Assembly: GCA_002269645.1 (NCBI GenBank)
Contig: NIVC01002817.1
Location: 1-64,000, forward strand
DNA length: 64,000 bases
Reading direction: 5' to 3'
DNA from: Macrostomum lignano
Lineage: Eukaryota
Within the stretch, counting starts at the first letter, position 1, and the number at the start of each line of letters is the position of its first letter. This document shows positions 1 to 13,700 of the stretch, piece after piece. Below the pieces are notes generated by a model that had not been told where the DNA came from, searched no databases, and saw only the letters and a list, made by a program, of their open reading frames with translations. The translations under genes were made by a program, and so were the position numbers.

Positions 1-887
1 AATATCTGGGCAGTCGTGGTGAGCTGTGTAGGCATGCTAATCCACAATATCAGTGCATAAGCAGTTTGAAGAGCAAAGTGAAGAAGCGCCGCCGCAGCGG
101 GTACATCTGAGTAAGACAGGGTATAACAAAGAGAATGAGTAAAGAATGGCATGCATAGCGCATTTGCACAATGCCCGTGAGCTGGGTTTAGTAGAGAATA
201 TTACAGCTAAGGAGAAATTGTACACAAAAATAGCTACAGACAGAAGCAATAAAACTGAATAAATCGTGAAAAATGAGGCCACAGGCTGGTTGTCAAATCA
301 AAGCGAACTTGAATTCACTTCCATTCTACTGGCAGTAGCATTATAAAAGCCACCTTACTCTCTTATTGTGGTTAGAAAAGGAAAAAAAGACTGTAAAAAA
401 GGGACAATAGACAGGTGAAAGTAAAAAAACTGATAAAACCAGGTATTGAACGGATTAGACTATGGAACTGGTTGTATCACAATGCAATAAAAAAGTTCGC
501 TAGTAGAGTTTAAGAACAGTAGAGCAGCTACGTGACGCGAATAACGCAAGGACTACTACTATCAGTAGTCTGACTGGACTTTCACCAGGTCAGCGAGTTC
601 GAATTCTGGTGCATTCTAGTCGAAATATTTCGGCCTTCAAAACAATTCCTAGAAACGAAAAACGTCTCTTATCTTAATTTTAGCTCGTATTGGTCCCTGC
701 AATCAATGTCGAGATAATTTGGAAAGGCACGAACAGAGAGACTGCATGCTGGGTGAGACTGAGAAATAATCAGTCAGATTCTGATTCCCGATATGTTGTG
801 TAGACCACTTTTTTTGAAGTTCAGATACAAACAGGGAAGAATTTTTTTCTTGCTGTATTCATGTTTAAATTCTCGGCTCTTTCGTAC

Positions 888-1255
888 GGGGAATTCCCCG
901 GTTAGGTAGGTGGGCTTGGAATTCCTTGGCATGGGGAATTCCCCGGTTAGGTAGGTGGGCCTGGAATTCCTTGGCATGGGGAATTCCCCGGTTAGGTAGG
1001 TGGGCCTGGAATTCCTTGGCATGGGGAATTCCCCGGTTAGGTAGGTGGGCTTGGAATTCCTTGGCATGGGGAATTCCCCGGTTAGGTAGGTGGGCCTGGA
1101 ATTCCTTGGCATGGGGAATTCCCCGCTTAGGTAGGTGGGCCTCGAATTCCTTGGCATGGGGAATTCCCCAGTTAGGTAGGTGGGCTTGGAATTCCCGGTT
1201 CGATAGGCGGGCTAGGAATTCCTTGGCATGGGGAATTCCCCGGTTAGGTAGGTAG
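888..1255. repeat. 45-bp tandem repeat (~8 copies) containing palindrome GGGGAATTCCCC
   Basis: Unit ggggaattccccggttaggtaggtgggcytggaattccttggcat read directly; 15-aa periodicity in ORFs 774..1157 and 926..1255. Confidence 0.95.
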
Positions 1256-1483
1256 GCTAGGAGCTTCTTGCAACGGGGGAAAGCAATTAATCGATACTGC
1301 AGGTAATCTCGGTGAGGGGGACATTATTTGTGTAGGAAAGAGAATTCCTCTGTAGGGAATATAATTCCTTTTTAAGCAGAAATTCTGAGTAGGGGGAATT
1401 TCCCAGATAGTTTGAAGAGTGCAGAGTCAAGGCAGGCATGACAGACAGACAGTTTCAGACCCGACTTCAGCCGGGCCATCGGC

Positions 1484-1790
1484 TCAGAACAGCACAGGCG
1501 AGGCCGCCCCGTTGTTGTCGGCGTCTCCGGTGGTGGCCACCTGCAGGGAGGCTGGCGCTGCCGGCCCCGCCTTGTTGACCTGGCCGCCTTCGCCCAGGCC
1601 GGCGAAGCTGTCGCTGTCTGGCGGCACTATCACGTCAGTGTCCTCCTGGCCGCCGGAGTACAGGTCCCGCTGCACAGCGGCCTGAGTCAGCTGCTCGGTG
1701 GTGGTGAGCAGGCGGGCCAGCGGCAGGCAGCAGCCGCTGCAGGTCTCCGTGAGCAGCGGCCGGGCGTTAGTGAGCAGCGGCTTCACGAAA
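1484..1790 (-). CDS. SLC9A6: NHE6-like terminal exon 9
   Basis: [30 protein letters not shown], the conserved NHE6/7/9 cytosolic motif; ccgcag acceptor; TGA at 1484-1486. Confidence 0.85.
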
Positions 1791-4700
1791 CTGCGGTGGA
1801 AATGCGGAGATGTGAGGGCTGATGAGACAGATTCTCAAGGACTGAGGCAGCGGAGAGGCAGATTCTCAAGGACTGAGGCAGCGGAGAGGCAGATTCTCAA
1901 GGACTGAGGCAGCGGAGAGGCAGATTCTCAAGGACTGAGGCAGCGGAGAGGCAGATTCTCAAGGACTGAGGCAGCGGAGAGGCAGATTCTCAAGGACTGA
2001 GGCAGCGGAGAGGCAGATTCTCAAGGACTGAGGCAGCGGAGAGGCAGATTCTCAAGGACTGAGGCAGCGGAGAGGCAGATTCTCAAGACTGAGGCAGCGG
2101 AGAGGCAGATTCTCAAAGACTGAGGCAGCGGAGAGGCAGATTCTCAAGGACTGAGGCAGCGGAGAGGCAGATTCTCAAGGACTGAGGCAGCGGAGAGGCA
2201 GATTCTCAAGGACTGAGGCAGCGGAGAGGCAGATTCTCAAGGACTGAGGCAGCGGAGAGGCAGATTCTCAAGGACTGAGGCAGCGGAGAGGCAGATTCTC
2301 AAGGACTGAGGCAGCGGAGAGGCAGATTCTCAAGGACTGAGGCAGCGGAGAGGCAGATTCTCAAGGACTGAGGCAGCGGAGAGGCAGATTCTCAAGGACT
2401 GAGGCAGCGGAGAGGCAGATTCTCAAGGACTGAGGCAGCGGAGAGGCAGATTCTCAAGGACTGAGGCAGCGGAGAGGCAGATTCTCAAAGGACTGAGGCA
2501 GCGGAGAGGCAGATTCTCAAGGACTGAGGCAGCGGAGAGGCAGATTCTCAAGGACTGAGGCAGCGGAGAGGCAGATTCTCAAGGACTGAGGCAGCGGAGA
2601 GGCAGATTCTCAAGGACTGAGGCAGCGGAGAGGCAGATTCTCAAGACTGAGGCAGCGGAGAGGCAGATTCTCAAGGACTGAGGCAGCGGAGAGGCAGATT
2701 CTCAAGGACTGAGGCAGCGGAGAGGCAGATTCTCAAGGACTGAGGCAGCGGAGAGGCAGATTCTCAAGGACTGAGGCAGCGGAGAGGCAGATTCTCAAGG
2801 ACTGAGGCAGCGGAGAGGCAGATTCTCAAGGACTGAGGCAGCGGAGAGGCAGATTCTCAAGGACTGAGGCAGCGGAGAGGCAGATTCTCAAGGACTGAGG
2901 CAGCGGAGAGGCAGATTCTCAAGGACTGAGGCAGCGGAGAGGCAGATTCTCAAGGACTGAGGCAGCGGAGAGGCAGATTCTCAAGGACTGAGGCAGCGGA
3001 GAGGCAGATTCTCAAGGACTGAGGCAGCGAGAGGCAGATTCTCAAGGACTGAGGCAGCGGAGAGGCAGATTCTCAAGGACTGAGGCAGCGGAGAGGCAGA
3101 TTCTCAAGGACTGAGGCAGTGGAGAGCAGATTCTGAGGCTGCGGAGGCAGATTCTCAAGGACTGAGGCAGTGGAGAGGCATATTCTCAAGGACTGAGGCA
3201 GCGGAGAGGCAGATTCTGAGGCAGCAACATAAAAAGCTCACTTCTTGTCAATCTTCCGCCATCCCAATGCAATGCAAGACCTGTCGCGCAGGCTCGGCTG
3301 GGAAGCCGCCTGTAAAAAATAAAAAAATATGAAATTGCAGAGACAGACTAAACATTGGCATGACAAAAAAACTCAAAGAAATCGCAGTTACGAACCTCCC
3401 TGTGGAGTCTTGCCGGTCAAGACGCTGACGATTTGGTTCCTCTTCAACTCCAACTCTGCGATGCAAGTGAATATGAATTATGAGCGCGCAATGGTTAACA
3501 GTCATTGAGCATGGTACACACAGTATGCTCTTATGTACACTCAAATTCAGGACAGCTTGTGGAGGTGTTGACAGTCAGTTCTATTTGTACGCCCGTATTT
3601 GAAAACAAAGCAGAATGGGGTGTACCTGTGTACACCCTAACCTAGAACACGTTGAGTTGGCGATTTGCACCCCATAGCTAACTGACAGTTAAACTTAGGC
3701 GTCTTCTGAGCCTCTAAAAGTGTTCAAAGTGTGCTCAAGACGGCAGAAATCAATGATCTTAAATAGGTCGAGAGGTTCTGAACACAGAGCAGATGTTCTT
3801 GGATGGCTGATCTTTTAGTCCCATGATCCTTGACCCCAGTGTACAGATGTATAAGTGTACAGATGTATAAGTGTACAGATGTATAAGTGTACAGATGTAT
3901 AAGTGTACAGATGTATAAGTGTACAGATGTATAATTGTACATATGTATAAGTGTACAGATGTATAAGTGTACAGATGTATAAGTGTACAGATGTTATAAG
4001 TGTACAGATGTTATAATTGTACAGATGTATAAGTGTACAGATGTATAAGTGTACAGATGTATAAGTGTACAGATGTTATAAGTGTACAGATGTATAAGTG
4101 TACATATGTATAAGTGTACAGATGTATAATTGTACAGATTTTATGAGTGTACAGATGTATAAGTGTACAGGTGTATAAGTGTACAGATGTATAAGTGTAC
4201 AGATGTTATAAGTGTACAGATGTATAAGTGTACATATGTATAAGTGTACAGATGTATAATTGTACAGATTTTATGAGTGTACAGATGTATAAGTGTACAG
4301 GTGTACAAGTGTAAAGATGTACAAGTGAACAAGTGTACAGGTGTACAAGTGTACAAGGTTTTTTCCAACGCCACCTGCAGGAAGTGACCGAGGGACACGA
4401 GACTGCAAGCAGAAGGACCCCCTGGCCGCAGGCTTACTCAATGTGCATCCACTGCAGCATCTGGGTGGCGAGGCCGCCGCACACCAGCACGGTGATCATG
4501 ACCAGGATGAGAGTGGTAGAGAAGATGATCTTCCTGGCATCCGATGAGGTGTTCCGAATGGCCAGGGCGAACGCCATGGCGCCCCGCAGGCCGGAGAAGG
4601 CCAGCACGTGCATCCGGGACAGCCCGATGGCGCAGCCGCTGCGCCTGCGGCCAATATTGGCCAGGCCGCACAGGGGGTAGACGCACAGCACCCTGCCGAT

Positions 4701-7700
4701 GATCATAGCCAGGAATCCCGCCACAATGAACACCGGGTCCCACAGGTGCGAGCTGTAGGTGAACACGCTGACCCCGATGTACACAAAGGTGAAATTTTCA
4801 GCTAGAAAATTCAACAGGCCAAAGAATGACATTGTGGTGGCCTTGGACTCGTCAGACAGGTTGTTATAGGTGTAGTGCGCCTGGCAGATGCCGCAGAACA
4901 GCACGGCCACAATGCCGGTGCTCTTCACCGCCTCGGCCGCCAGGAAGGTGCTGTAGCTCATCAGCACGAACAGGCTGGTCTCCAGCAGCGGTGCTCGCGG
5001 ACCTGGGCAATGGGTGAGCCAGGCTTTGAATTTGAAATAGTAGAAACCCAGATAGTGGCCTCTGGAACCTGCTCATAATCAACTTTTCGGATCCCGCATT
5101 TTTAAATCCCACAGGGATCAGTAGCCTGATTCTCCCGAAATCCTCACAGTGGGATCAGTAGCCTTATTCTCCCGAAATCCCTACAGTGGGATCAGTAGCC
5201 TGATTCTCCCGAAATCCTCACAGTGGAATCAGTAGCCTGATTCTCCCGAAATCCTCACAGTGGGATCAGTAGCCTGATTCTCCCGAAATCCTCACAGTGA
5301 AATCAGTAGCCTGATTCTCCCGAAATCCTCACAGTGGGATCAGTAGCATGATTCTCACGAAATCCTCACAGTGGGATCAGTAGCATGATTCTCCCGAAAT
5401 TCCTACAGTGGTATCAGTAGCATGATTCTCCCGAAATCCTCACAGTGGGATCAGTAGCCTGATTCTCCCGAAATCCTCACAGTGGGATCAGTAGCATGAT
5501 TCTCCCGAAATTCCTACAGTGGGATCAGTAGCCTGATTCTCCCGAATTCCTCACAGTGGGATCAGTAGCCTGATTCTCCCGAAATCCTCACAGTGGGATC
5601 AGTAGCCTGATTCTCCCGAAATCCTCACAGTGGGATCAGTAGCCTGATTCTCCCGAAATCCTCACAGTGGGATCAGTAGCAGGATTCTCCCGAAATCCTC
5701 ACAGTGGGATCAGTAGCATGATTCTCCCGAAATTCCTACAGTGGGATCAGTAGCCTGATTCTCCCGAATTCCTCACAGTGGGATCAGTAGCCTGATTCTC
5801 CCGAAATCCTCACAGTGGGATTAGTAGCCTGATTCTCCCGAAATCCTCACAGTGGGATCAGTAGCATGATTCTCTTGAAATCCCCACAGTGGAATCAGTA
5901 GCATGATTCTCCCGAAATCCCCACAGTGGAATCAGTAGCATTGTTCTCCCAAATCCTCAGTGGGATCAGTGATGACTCTTAAAGAAATCCCACAGTGGGA
6001 TCGGAAATGACTCTTATAGAAATCCCACAGTGGGATCAGTAGCCTTATTCTCCGAAATCCTCACAGTGGGATCAGTAGCCTGATTCTCCCGAAATCCTAC
6101 AGTGGGATCAGAGATGACTCTTCTCTTTCCAAAACGCTCACCCGAGACTCACCTGCGTGAACTTGGTGATGAGGGCGGTGAGGCAGCCCAGCAGGCAGCC
6201 GATGCCGATGGCGCCAAGGAACACCCGGCGAAGCTGCCGATGGCCTTCAGCACGGAGATGGCGGCGGTCTCTCCGGCCGCCGCGGCCGAACCGTAGGTCT
6301 CGATAGACTCGGACAGCACTATGGCAACGGCGTCGTTAAGGACGCTTTCGCCGAATACAAGAGCGTAGAGATCGGGCTCGACGCGGAGGTCGCTGAATAT
6401 TGCCAGGACGGTGACTGGAAGAATGCGATGAAAACAAAGGCTTGCCTGACTTGAAAGCACATCAGATGCCGATGGCAAAGAAGCTGTTTTAAAAATTCTC
6501 ACCCGGATCTGTGGCCGATATGAAGGCGCCGAACAGGAGGCACTCGCTGAGGCTGACGATCGAGGCGAGCCTGGCGCTGGCCCGGCTGATGCCGAATGTC
6601 ACGCCGCTGCGGGAGTTCAACGGCGATTTGGGAGAACAGTTGGGATCTGGGATGAGGCAGACTCTATGGTAGGGGTTTGCAGAAGAGAGATGGGAATGGG
6701 ATAAGAGAAGGGATTAGAGAAAAGATAAATGAGGGAGAGAAGAGAGGAGGGAGAAGGGAAAAGAGAGCAGACAGAGGAGAGGGGAGAAAGAGAGCTTAGA
6801 AGAGACATAAACCTTGAGCAGGCCGGGCCGGATTGCTATTGTGAACTTTCAAAAGTCAGGAGGGTCGAAGTTTTCCAACCCCTGCTCTATGGGGATCAGG
6901 GATGAGGGAGTCTATATGGGGATCAGGGATGAGGGTGTCTATATAGGGATCAGGAATGAGGGTGTCTATATGGGGATCAGGGATGATGGTGTCTATATGG
7001 GGATCAGGGATGAGGGAGTGTATATGGGGATCAGGGATGAGGAAGTGTATATGGGGATCAGGGATGAGGGAGTGCATATGGGGATCAGGGATGAGGGAGT
7101 CTATATGGGGATCAGGAATGATGGTGTCTATATGGGGATCAGGGATGAGGGAGTGTATATGGGGATCAGGGATGAGGGAGTGCATATGGGGATCAGGGAT
7201 GAGGGAGTCTATATGGGGATCAGGGATGAGGGAGTCTATATGGGGATCAGGGATGAGGGTGTCTATATGGGGATCAGGAATGATGGTGTCTATATGGGGA
7301 TCAGGGATGATGGTGTCTATATGGGGATCAGGAATGATGGTGTCTATATGGGGATCAGGGATGAGGGAGTGCATATGGGGATCAGGGATGAGGGAGTCTA
7401 TATGGGGATCAGGGATGAGGGAGTGTATATGGGGATCAGGGATGAGGGAGTGCATATGGGGATCAGGGATGAGGGAGTCTATATGGGGATCAGGGATGAG
7501 GGAGTGCATATTGGGATTAGGGATGAGGGAGTCTATATGGGTATCAGGGATGATGGTGTCTATATGGGGATCAGGAATGAGGGAGTATTGCAAATCTGGA
7601 GTCAATTTATGAAATCAAAGATGCAGTTCAAAAGTGACAGATCAGATGAAATCCAAGAAACATGGGTTGCTGAACTCACCCGATAACAAAGCACGATATG

Positions 7701-10700
7701 GTGGTGCCAAGAAATGCCAGCATCAGAATCGAGCCAATATTGCGAAAGAAGTGTTTCTGGAACAATAATGTGGGCTTTAAATTTATTGCTTGTAAAAGCT
7801 GTAAGCATAATCTGATCAATGACGTTTTGAAAGCCTCATAGTGGGATTGGGGTCATGCGATGGGATTTAAGGGACCTGCAAGCGTCGTGTCATGAAGGCA
7901 CATTGGAAACATCATGAAGGCACATTGGGGACGTCATGAGGGCACATTGGAAACATCATGAAGGCACATTGGGGACGTCATGAAGGCACATTGGAAACAT
8001 CATGAAGGCACATTGGGGACGTCATGAAGGCACATTGGAAACATCATGAAGGCACATTGGAAACATCATGAAGGCACATTGGGGACGTCATGAAGGGACA
8101 TTGGGAACGCCATGGAGATGGGGATGCATGGAGATTGGGGACGCCATCCTCACCCTCTTCATGCTGAAGCCGGCAAAGAAGATGATGGGTGGCAGTATGA
8201 AGTTGAAAAACACTTCGGGATTAAACGTCGCCTTCTCGTCTAAAATCGGGGCGTTGATATCGTTGCCATAGAGACGCCGCTTATAATCGTACTCGTAGAT
8301 TTGCGATTCGTTCAGAACGGACATGTTGACGAGGACTTTCTCCGGCGGCAGCTTGTTAGACTGCTCGGGTGAGTCCTCGATAGAGATCATTGTGATGCTA
8401 GGCTGGTAGCTGGGAGAGCCGTAGCGAATGATAACGCCAACTATGAGACCTGGGTTGGAGATAGGACAGAGTGTACTTTAGTTTTGAATCATTAGCCATG
8501 ATGGCTGGGTTCATTTTTTCGGAGTTTTTGGAGTTTTTTTCGGGTTCATTTTTGCATCCAGGTGCCAATTGCTAGGTGGCACCTGGATGCACCTGGATGG
8601 GGTTCAAAATTCACTTTTCATTTTTAATTTAATGCTAACTTTGTAAGTCTATCTGAGACTTTTTGTTAAGTAATTGTTAGTGATTCTCAATATTAATATA
8701 AACTATCCTATGCCATTAAGTTTGTATACAGTCCACCACTGTCATTAATTGAATTAGTAGAAACAGAAATGATAAATTTCCATGTAATTCACGGCCTGCG
8801 AGCTCAGAGTGAATTTTATCTAGCATGGACAAGTGGAGAAAATTTGCAGCAAAAAAGTACCAGCTCTGAATTTGAATACCAGAAATTCATCTCCAAACTT
8901 TCTCGGCTGGCAACTTCAAGTACACACATGAGTCAATGAACAGTTATTTAACCTTTTTTTACATATCTATAGTGAACATCCACTGCTTAAAAACCAACTG
9001 CTACGGCATGAAATATTGTGGGTTTAAGGAAAATCGATTCTTAATAGCAACGAGCATAGACACCTGTTTGAGTTTTCACTTTACATACATAAATTTTGAC
9101 CAAATAAGACCAATTTAGCAGTAAAGATTGGTTATGAGTACCAAAGTCTGGCAGGAACAAGTTTTGAAACTCGTTACTTTCAAATTATTAACGGTAGCAA
9201 AATACGGCTAGCCGAAACGCCAGATAAAAAATCCACCAGAAGATCTTCGAGTAAGGAACTGGAACTGGTGCAGATAAAAGCGGACAATCCAACAAGCCGT
9301 CAGAGTTAACAAGCTAAGAACTGTCAATGAATGTCAAAAAAGATTCGCACCAGCGATACGCCCAATCGTGTGAACTCGACAGTCTTTTCTTTGATAGTCT
9401 ATATATGCAAGTCTGATTTAAGATGCCATCTCCAATTAACAAAAACTCATAAGCCGACAGTAACCGAATTCGAAGAGCGCAACTCCAGTAACAAGTAAGT
9501 TTCGTCGACAATAATTTCCATTCTTCCTTTTTAAAAATAAAACAAATCAATATTCTACTCTCTACTCAATAAGTGGATAGTAGCACAGTAAGCGCAATAT
9601 AACTATTTTGCATTCCAATTACTACGAATATTCACAGAATGAAGGCCGTCATTGCTCTTCTGTGCCTCGTGGCCGTGGCCTCCGCTGCATACACCCCCGC
9701 CCAGCGTGAGGAGGTCCTGGATGACCTCGTCCACGAGATTGTGCCCTTCCTGTCTGTGGACTGGAACTGCGTCAAGAACGCCGGCATCTCCAGCTCTATG
9801 TGCATCCTGAAGAACCTCATCAGCTGCGGCGTGGCCATCAAGCCGCCGCTCATCGCTGTCTGCCTGGTTGCCAGCTGCGGCGGAGACGCTGCCAAGCTGG
9901 CGTACTGCATCAAGCTGTGAAGCTGGCAATGCCCCTTACATTGCTTTAAAAATTGTCGACTAAATATATATTAATTCGACAAGTACAGCTTATATTGCAG
10001 CTTTCGTCTTAGGCTTCTTTAATTATGATAACAATCGAAAATTCATGATGACAGACTAATAGCATACAAATATCTCAATCTGAGCTACAATTTAGCTCGT
10101 AGTAAACCCTGAAAATGTTCAAATTTTCGGAGCTCATTTACGATGACTGATTAGTGCTCAATAAGTTCGCGAAAAAAACACTTTTAAAATATTCTGGCAC
10201 TAATTTTTTTCCGCATATACCCCCATCTAATGAGACTTCTCAACGTAGTTTCCAGACAGATTGATGCATTTCTTCATCTGATGAAACCAATGCTGTAAAA
10301 CAGTCCCTCAATTTCACCTGAGCTCTGCTCTCAGCTCCTCTTCGAGCTCCTTGCGAGAGTCAAAGTGCTTTCCTTTGAGATTCTTCTTGATATCTTCGAG
10401 AAGAGGAAGAAGTCCGCTAAGAAGTCTTTGGCCGCTCCTGACATAACAAAATGGGAAGAGGTGAAAGCAATGAACAAGAACACGGTCATGCCAAGGGACC
10501 AAACAGGACGGCAAACAGAGAACAGATACTGCACCATCTGCAACAGAGAGTTCAAGACTCACACGGGACTGAAGATGCACAACACCAGGATGCATCGAGA
10601 ACAGAGACAAGAGGAGAAGAAGTTCCCAAGATGCGGAGACATCCTAAACAACAAGGCCAGCGAGACGAACCACCTTTAGATCTGTAAAGGCGCCCTGAAA

Positions 10701-13700
10701 GGGACATGCCCGTACTGTCTCCAGCCCAGGAGCGCCAGCAACATGGCGAGGCACATACGCAACTGTGCGCAGTACAATGACCTACAAACAGGGTACCAAC
10801 AAGAAGAAGAGGACCAAGACGCCTACACGACGGACAGGCCTGAACCAACCGACGCACCGAGAAGAGCGAAGATTGCTTGCCCGGGCTGCAGCAAGAGCAT
10901 CTCGAAGACAAATATAGCAAGACACCGGAAAGTCTGCACCGCGGAACCGACTCAAAGCCAATGAGTGGCATGCCTCATAGGAGGTCGAATTGTCATATAA
11001 GGACAAGGACAAGGCCGCTCCTGAGAGAGTAACTTCAGCACCTGCGGTGAGCAGACACCTGAGTACCAGTTACCAGTCACTGTGGCACCTTCCTCGAATA
11101 GGATGGGTAGCAGAATGCCACACCGCATGCTGCCAAGACCTTGCCGACACTCGTAGGAATTTGACAGGGGCATCCTCTTCGAAGGCGATCCCCTGCCTGC
11201 TCTGGAATTTTGTCTCTGAGAAGTACACCCATGTTTCATCACCTGTCAGGATGTTGTCCAGTGTCCACCAATAATTTCGAAGCCCCCTTGTCAAATTTGT
11301 TGAGCATGAAGGTTGCGAACTCAATATGAACTTGCATCTGGGTTGGGTTCAGGTGATGGTTACCCAGCGCCCGGATACTTTCACTCGTCGATCTTCCTCA
11401 ATTAGCCACTGCTGCCTCCTGACCAACTTGTATACCATTGTATGGGATGAGGCTTCATCACTCAGGGCTTGTTGAAGCAGTGTCTGCATGCATTCGGAGG
11501 CAGACTGGCCAAGTCGAAACTGGACAAGAATTGCGACTCCTCTGTCACACATGGTCAATCAAGTGCAGTAAAGATTATTAAGTTGCATCACTTTTTCAGC
11601 CACTGCATCGCAGAATCTCAGTCAAAGATGCTGAAAATCTACATGAAATGTTTTAACATTGTATGAAATAAACAAACTTCAGTATATTTGCATGGAAAGG
11701 AGATTCATTTTTTGCGAACTTATTAAGCAGCTCTTGTACAAGTAATTTAGGACTGTGTGAAATGTATAAATTATAATGATGGAGTATGTAAAAAACAGAA
11801 TGTATTCGTATTTCTCTGCATTTCTGTATATATCTTTATGTCTTTTATGGAGCTGGTTTCAATTTTAACTCGATTTTTACCTAGCTATAAGAAACATTCA
11901 TGTACTAGAACAAACTCTGAGGGCATGACATATTAAGGGTTTAGTTTAAATAGATTCTTAATAACAATGAGCAGAGCGACCTATTTTACTTTAAACTTTA
12001 GATACATAAAAAAGATTTTGTTTTTGGGGCTCTTGAAACTCCCCACCTTTGTCAAGCTGATATGGGGTAGATACACCAAGCTTGCCAGTTTGCTAAGCTA
12101 GGGGAGGGGTTTGGCAGTCTATCTAAGGTTTTTTATTTTTTGGGCCATATGGGGTTTTTTGATCCCTTGAAAATCGCATTGGCAACTGGATTTTTGGCAT
12201 CAGAGGCCAATCTGGCAACTTCATTTCCTTGTGCTAGTTGCCACTTTTAGAAAATTATTTTGCAAGTGTAATAAAAGTGCCATATGAATCTAAGTTGTGG
12301 CAAATACTAAGTTGCAAAAATTGACAATATCAATAACAAGTCCCAGACAAGACTCATTCCTATAGTCATACAGTGCAGTGCATACATGTTTAATGAGCCT
12401 TTGAAACATACATGCACAACCCCCCTGATTTACACTGGCTATGCAACTTACTTTTTAACAAAAAATGTGACTTACCTGTGAAAAAAACCCTAAAGCAAAA
12501 TTTTTACATAAAATATTATTTTTATAGTTCCTAGTGAAGAATATATTCCAATCAAAAATAAACTTTACTATTTTGTTCTAGGCCTACTAATTATTTCTAT
12601 TTTTTCAAATGGTACAGAACAGGTTTTATTCTGCAGAAATTATTTGCCTCCTTTACTGCTTGTTGCATTGTTTTTGTGCTTGTTAATTATACAATATTAT
12701 TAGTATACAAATTCATTAGAACACTTAATTGGATACTTTATTGGTCTACACTTTATTAGATAGCTAAATACTTTCTAGAATACCTATGGAATACTAGACT
12801 CCAGAAGGTTACAAGTACGCCGGAAAATTCCAGCATAAAAATGACCCCTTTCAAAGTTGGTGTACAAATTTTGGCCTACAAACAAAGTCTTACCATTTTT
12901 GGTATACAAACTTTGGCCTACAAACTCATATTGTATGACTTGTGCCTGAAACTTTTAATGTAAATTTATGTAATTTACGTAAAAAAAATTCAAGAACTAT
13001 TTCAAAATAAGTTTAAATTTCTTTTCATTTCTATTTCTAGATGACTAAAAGAAGATGACTGAGTAATATTACTTAATTCAGATTTAACTATTGTTTTACG
13101 CTTTTTTAACCTAAATGACCTTTTTTAGAAGAAATTTTGATGTATATATTAGGGGAATTGTTACCCTTTTTGGAGTACACTGCTATACACTTAGATGAGC
13201 TAGGATTATTGTTCTGGTATACATTACTATACAATCTAGACCTTGGATAGAATATAGGTATATGTTATTAACATAGTCTAGTATAGAAAAAAAGGGCATC
13301 TAGTGGATTAGGGGTTGGGTCTACTAGTTTTATAAAGTTTAGTTGATGATTAATAAGGGCATGGTTAGGCAGCTTCATAGGAATTTTTAAAAAGCCACAC
13401 TTAGAGACATGGCAACTGTGTCTATAATGCAAAAACTTAGACACAGTGGCCATGTCTCTAATAGTGACTAGGTCTATACTTATAGACACAAGTATCTATA
13501 AGTATTTGCATTATAAACATAGCACCATGTCTATAAGTATAGACCTAGGGCCTAGTAACTATTGAAGACATGGCTACCATGTCAATGAAACTTGCATAGC
13601 AGCCATAGTCCAGAAGGTGGCCTTTATGCCGGAATTTTCCGGCGTAATTTTGCACTCGCTGACAATCTTGGCGTACATTTGGCGTATAGAATATTCAGGT

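Noticed and set aside
1829-3225. 31-bp and 37-bp arrays as CRISPR repeats
   Set aside because: Units are head-to-tail with no unique spacers, there are no cas genes, and the context is eukaryotic introns
6814-7686. MGIRDEGVY repeat protein
   Set aside because: 27-bp intronic minisatellite that happens to be a multiple of 3; same for 30716..31612, 38501..40317, 45428..45928, 56364..56894, 57648..58040 and 59957..60934
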